Of a stretch of DNA of 54,708 nt, positions 52,174 to 54,708 are shown piece after piece. Every line of letters begins with the position of its first letter. The stretch's first letter is position 1. Location of the stretch: the IMG/VR virus record IMGVR_UViG_3300035670_000266, positions 1 through 54,708 of that record, one strand, 5' to 3'. The position numbers and the translations under genes were made by a program. This DNA is from a virus. Its lineage: Duplodnaviria > Caudoviricetes. The notes under the pieces are model-generated. The model was given only the letters and a program-made list of their open reading frames with translations. It searched no databases and was not told the origin of the DNA.

Positions 52174-52733
52174 TACGCCAACTTGAGAATCCACTTACCG
52201 AAACATATCTAGAATTTAAACAGATGTGTCTTGGTAAAGATATTCCATGGTTTTGGCACAAAGAACACATCGAAAATCTAAGTAAATCTGATTATGATCC
52301 TACTGAAAGATCTAACTTTGGATTCTATGGATTTGCTATTCTACAAAGGAAAGAATCTAGAGTTAAGGTTCCAACATCTGAACTAGGAACTGGTAAACTA
52401 ATAGAAATCTATCTAAGAAAAGCTGTACGAACATTCTCCGAAATTGCTAGACATAATGGAATAGAATACAGCACAATACATAGAATTTCTGTTAACGCTA
52501 CACATCCAGTTCCTCCTCCTAATCTTGGGATAGAACATGTTGACCATGAGTTTCCCCACAAAAACATGATTCTCTACTTTACAGATGTTGATAATGGTCC
52601 TACAATATGTGAGGGAGAATCATTTTATGGAAAAGAAGATGATGTAATTGTATTAGAAGGAATGCACTGTCTACGTGCTCCAGAAACCAAACGACGTATT
52701 ATTGTAGTATACACTTTCACACAAACTAATTAA
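52170..52733 (+). CDS. 2OG-Fe(II) oxygenase-like protein
   Basis: EHVDHEFPHKNMILYF...G.T...H....P....RR. Confidence 0.7.
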   Translation: MIRQLENPLTETYLEFKQMCLGKDIPWFWHKEHIENLSKSDYDPTERSNFGFYGFAILQRKESRVKVPTSELGTGKLIEIYLRKAVRTFSEIARHNGIEYSTIHRISVNATHPVPPPNLGIEHVDHEFPHKNMILYFTDVDNGPTICEGESFYGKEDDVIVLEGMHCLRAPETKRRIIVVYTFTQTN

Positions 52734-52736
52734 TTT

Positions 52737-53159
52737 ATGAAACCTGATTACTCTATGAAACCCGATCACACTGTTCGTAACTTTATTATTGTTGGTTCTT
52801 CTTTCTTTGTATCGCTGATTATTATCAGTTCTGTTATTGGTCCGATGTACAATGTCTGGGCACAATCTCTCGCTGGTAAAGCAGAACTACAGAAGGCAGA
52901 ATACACTCGCCAGGTAGCAGTTCTTGAAGCACAAGCAAAGAAAGATTCTGCATCACAACTTGCTGATGCTGAGGTGATTCGTGCTCAAGGTGTTGCTAAA
53001 GCAAACCAAATTATCGGTGATTCGCTGAAAGATAATCGTGAGTATCTTCAGTATCTGTATATTACTGGTCTGGAAGAAGGTGCTAACAAAGGTAACGTGA
53101 CCATCTATGTTCCTACCGAAGGTGGTATGCCTGTGCCTACACTTCAAATGAACAAATGA
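52737..53159 (+). CDS. Membrane-anchored coiled-coil protein (SPFH C-terminus-like)
   Basis: TM helix then AEVIRAQGVAKANQIIGDSL...YLQY...IYVPTE. Confidence 0.7.
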   Translation: MKPDYSMKPDHTVRNFIIVGSSFFVSLIIISSVIGPMYNVWAQSLAGKAELQKAEYTRQVAVLEAQAKKDSASQLADAEVIRAQGVAKANQIIGDSLKDNREYLQYLYITGLEEGANKGNVTIYVPTEGGMPVPTLQMNK

Positions 53160-53359
53160 TGAAACAACTTCCAGATAAGAAAGCACTAGATATCATGTGG
53201 ACAGTGGCTACGAGTGGCAGTTTGGAAACTGGCACTCGCCCCCACTATGGGTTCGCTGATCTGCTGTATGATTACCTCACAGACAACCTCAAAAACAAGT
53301 ACGGAGTTGAACTCTGCTATGAACCTCAAAGAAAAGAAATCACTACTCAAGAAACTTGA
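53156..53359 (+). CDS. Hypothetical protein
   Basis: 67-aa ORF, ATGA overlap. Confidence 0.6.
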   Translation: MMKQLPDKKALDIMWTVATSGSLETGTRPHYGFADLLYDYLTDNLKNKYGVELCYEPQRKEITTQET

Positions 53360-53591
53360 GACTGCTTACACATCATGTTCTGATTGTGGAAGTGAATATG
53401 GTGTGTATTCTGTAGGATGCTCATCTGTGTGGCAAGGAAAGTGTGATGTGTGTGGTGAGACCAAACCTGTCACTGAGTCCCGTGATTATGCTTACTTCAT
53501 TACTGGTATTCGTAAACTCAAACAAGAGATTCAAAATGAGAAAGGTAGTCGTCAAACCAAAGTCAAGCAAGGCGAAGAATCGCTTAGCTAA
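53319..53591 (+). CDS. Zinc-ribbon protein
   Basis: CSDC...CDVC; ATG 53319 preferred. Confidence 0.7.
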   Translation: MNLKEKKSLLKKLETAYTSCSDCGSEYGVYSVGCSSVWQGKCDVCGETKPVTESRDYAYFITGIRKLKQEIQNEKGSRQTKVKQGEESLS

Positions 53592-53766
53592 CACTATGGA
53601 TAACAATCCTGTCTGTATTGTAGAGCAGGATACTGGCGGTGAGTTGTTTCTTGCCGCCGAAAACCGTAAATACTTCTTCTGGGTCAGCACTAGAACTGGC
53701 AGCAATCGCTTCGGTGACAAAGCTGACAAAGATTGGGAAGTTATCACTGAAATCAATGTAATCTAA
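53536..53766 (+). CDS. Hypothetical protein
   Basis: MRKVVVKPKSSKAKNRLANTM...; ATG 53536 preferred. Confidence 0.7.
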   Translation: MRKVVVKPKSSKAKNRLANTMDNNPVCIVEQDTGGELFLAAENRKYFFWVSTRTGSNRFGDKADKDWEVITEINVI

Positions 53767-53942
53767 TGAATTACCTTTGTCTTGTTGATGGCGTGGTAGA
53801 ATATGCCAGCACTTCTGAAAGTAGTTTTGCTCACTATCAGTTGGTGTATGCCGAAGAACATAAAGATGCTGATGTTCAGTATCTCACACTGACTGATGAA
53901 GAGTATGATGAAATGTTCCCCTACGAAGAGGATGAAGAATGA
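53766..53942 (+). CDS. Small acidic protein (58 aa, not in ORF track)
   Basis: MNYLCLVDGVVEYAST...EEYDEMFPYEEDEE; TAATG coupling. Confidence 0.6.
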   Translation: MNYLCLVDGVVEYASTSESSFAHYQLVYAEEHKDADVQYLTLTDEEYDEMFPYEEDEE

Positions 53943-54115
53943 AACCCAAGTTTCGTGAAGTATTAGAGATGGCGATTACTGAAGGAGTACAGTATGGATA
54001 TAGACGTGCTCACAAGCACGTTGAAAATCCTACTGAAGGTGCTATAATTGACAGCATCTGTGCCAATGTCATGGATTGTATCTACGAATGGTTTGAATTT
54101 GAGGATCTGAAATGA
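53939..54115 (+). CDS. Small hypothetical protein (58 aa, not in ORF track)
   Basis: MKPKFREVLEMAITEGVQYGYRRAHKHVENP...EWFEF; ATGA overlaps at both ends. Confidence 0.65.
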   Translation: MKPKFREVLEMAITEGVQYGYRRAHKHVENPTEGAIIDSICANVMDCIYEWFEFEDLK

Positions 54116-54324
54116 CTTACGACCAACTCTACGAGCACATTGTCAATTATGTTGCTCTGCCTCACACAGCTATCACCAAGCATGATAAACGTCGTGCTTG
54201 TTTGATCCTTGGTGCTGTGATGGAGTTTAACCTGGATTGTCTTGATGAAGGTGTAGATCCACGCACTCTTGACATGACTGGTTTTGTGAATGAGAAACTT
54301 GATGAACTGGAGGAAAACAAATGA
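54112..54324 (+). CDS. Hypothetical protein
   Basis: 70-aa ORF. Confidence 0.7.
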   Translation: MTYDQLYEHIVNYVALPHTAITKHDKRRACLILGAVMEFNLDCLDEGVDPRTLDMTGFVNEKLDELEENK

Positions 54325-54692
54325 GCGGCGGACACTTCAACGATTGCGGATACGAATACTATAATGTCTCACAGTTTGCTGATGAACTTGAAGCAGAAGT
54401 TCGTAACAACTTTGAGAAGGATGAGTATGGTTTTTCTCACGAATATCCACCAGAAGTTTGTGAGTATCTGTTAGAGCAAGTTACCAAGATGCGTAAGATC
54501 GCAGAGATTATGAGGCATATTGATTATCTCTACAGTGGTGATCATGGTGAGGATACTTTTATGGAGCGTGTGAAAGAAGTAGAGAAAAAGTATAATGATC
54601 CTATTCAGCAGATCCTGAATGACCCTGATGATAACCTGAATGAAAAGATCGCAGAAGCCATGCAGCAAGCAGCAGCAGAGTATGACACTTGA
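54321..54692 (+). CDS. Hypothetical protein (MSGGHF family)
   Basis: MSGGHF...IDYLYSGDHGEDTF; GGAGG ribosome-binding site upstream. Confidence 0.75.
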   Translation: MSGGHFNDCGYEYYNVSQFADELEAEVRNNFEKDEYGFSHEYPPEVCEYLLEQVTKMRKIAEIMRHIDYLYSGDHGEDTFMERVKEVEKKYNDPIQQILNDPDDNLNEKIAEAMQQAAAEYDT

Positions 54693-54708
54693 TCAACTGG
54701 CACAGGGT
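54683..54708 (+). promoter_or_regulatory. Phage early-type promoter, copy E (truncated by window edge)
   Basis: TGACA-cttgatcaac-TGGCAC. Confidence 0.55.

Overview
A 54.7 kb segment of a T4-like cyanophage (Kyanoviridae-like myovirus); all credible genes are on the + strand. Positions 1-12.7 kb hold baseplate hub genes: gp26, gp51, two paralogous tape-measure-like proteins with different cell-wall hydrolases, a gp27-like hub and a split gp5. Positions 12.7-15.35 kb are an island bounded by a repeated ~65-bp element, carrying a 2OG-Fe(II) oxygenase, the bilin lyase cpeT, five tRNAs, a tRNA-like RNA and small structured RNAs. Positions 15.4-41.7 kb hold a 3792-aa virion protein and tail fibre genes. 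Positions 41.7-54.7 kb are an early region with a helicase-HNH-Dam methylase cluster, many small ORFs and a recurring palindrome-plus-TATAAT promoter. Two observations stand out. (1) The giant protein downstream of cpeT contains five repeats that resemble phycobiliprotein domains and keep cysteines matching both bilin-attachment positions (84 and beta-155), suggesting a phage lyase and a phage-encoded chromophorylated virion protein. (2) A complete -1 ribosomal frameshift signal would fuse gp26 to gp51, like lambda G/GT. All calls come from reading motifs by eye; no database searches were run.
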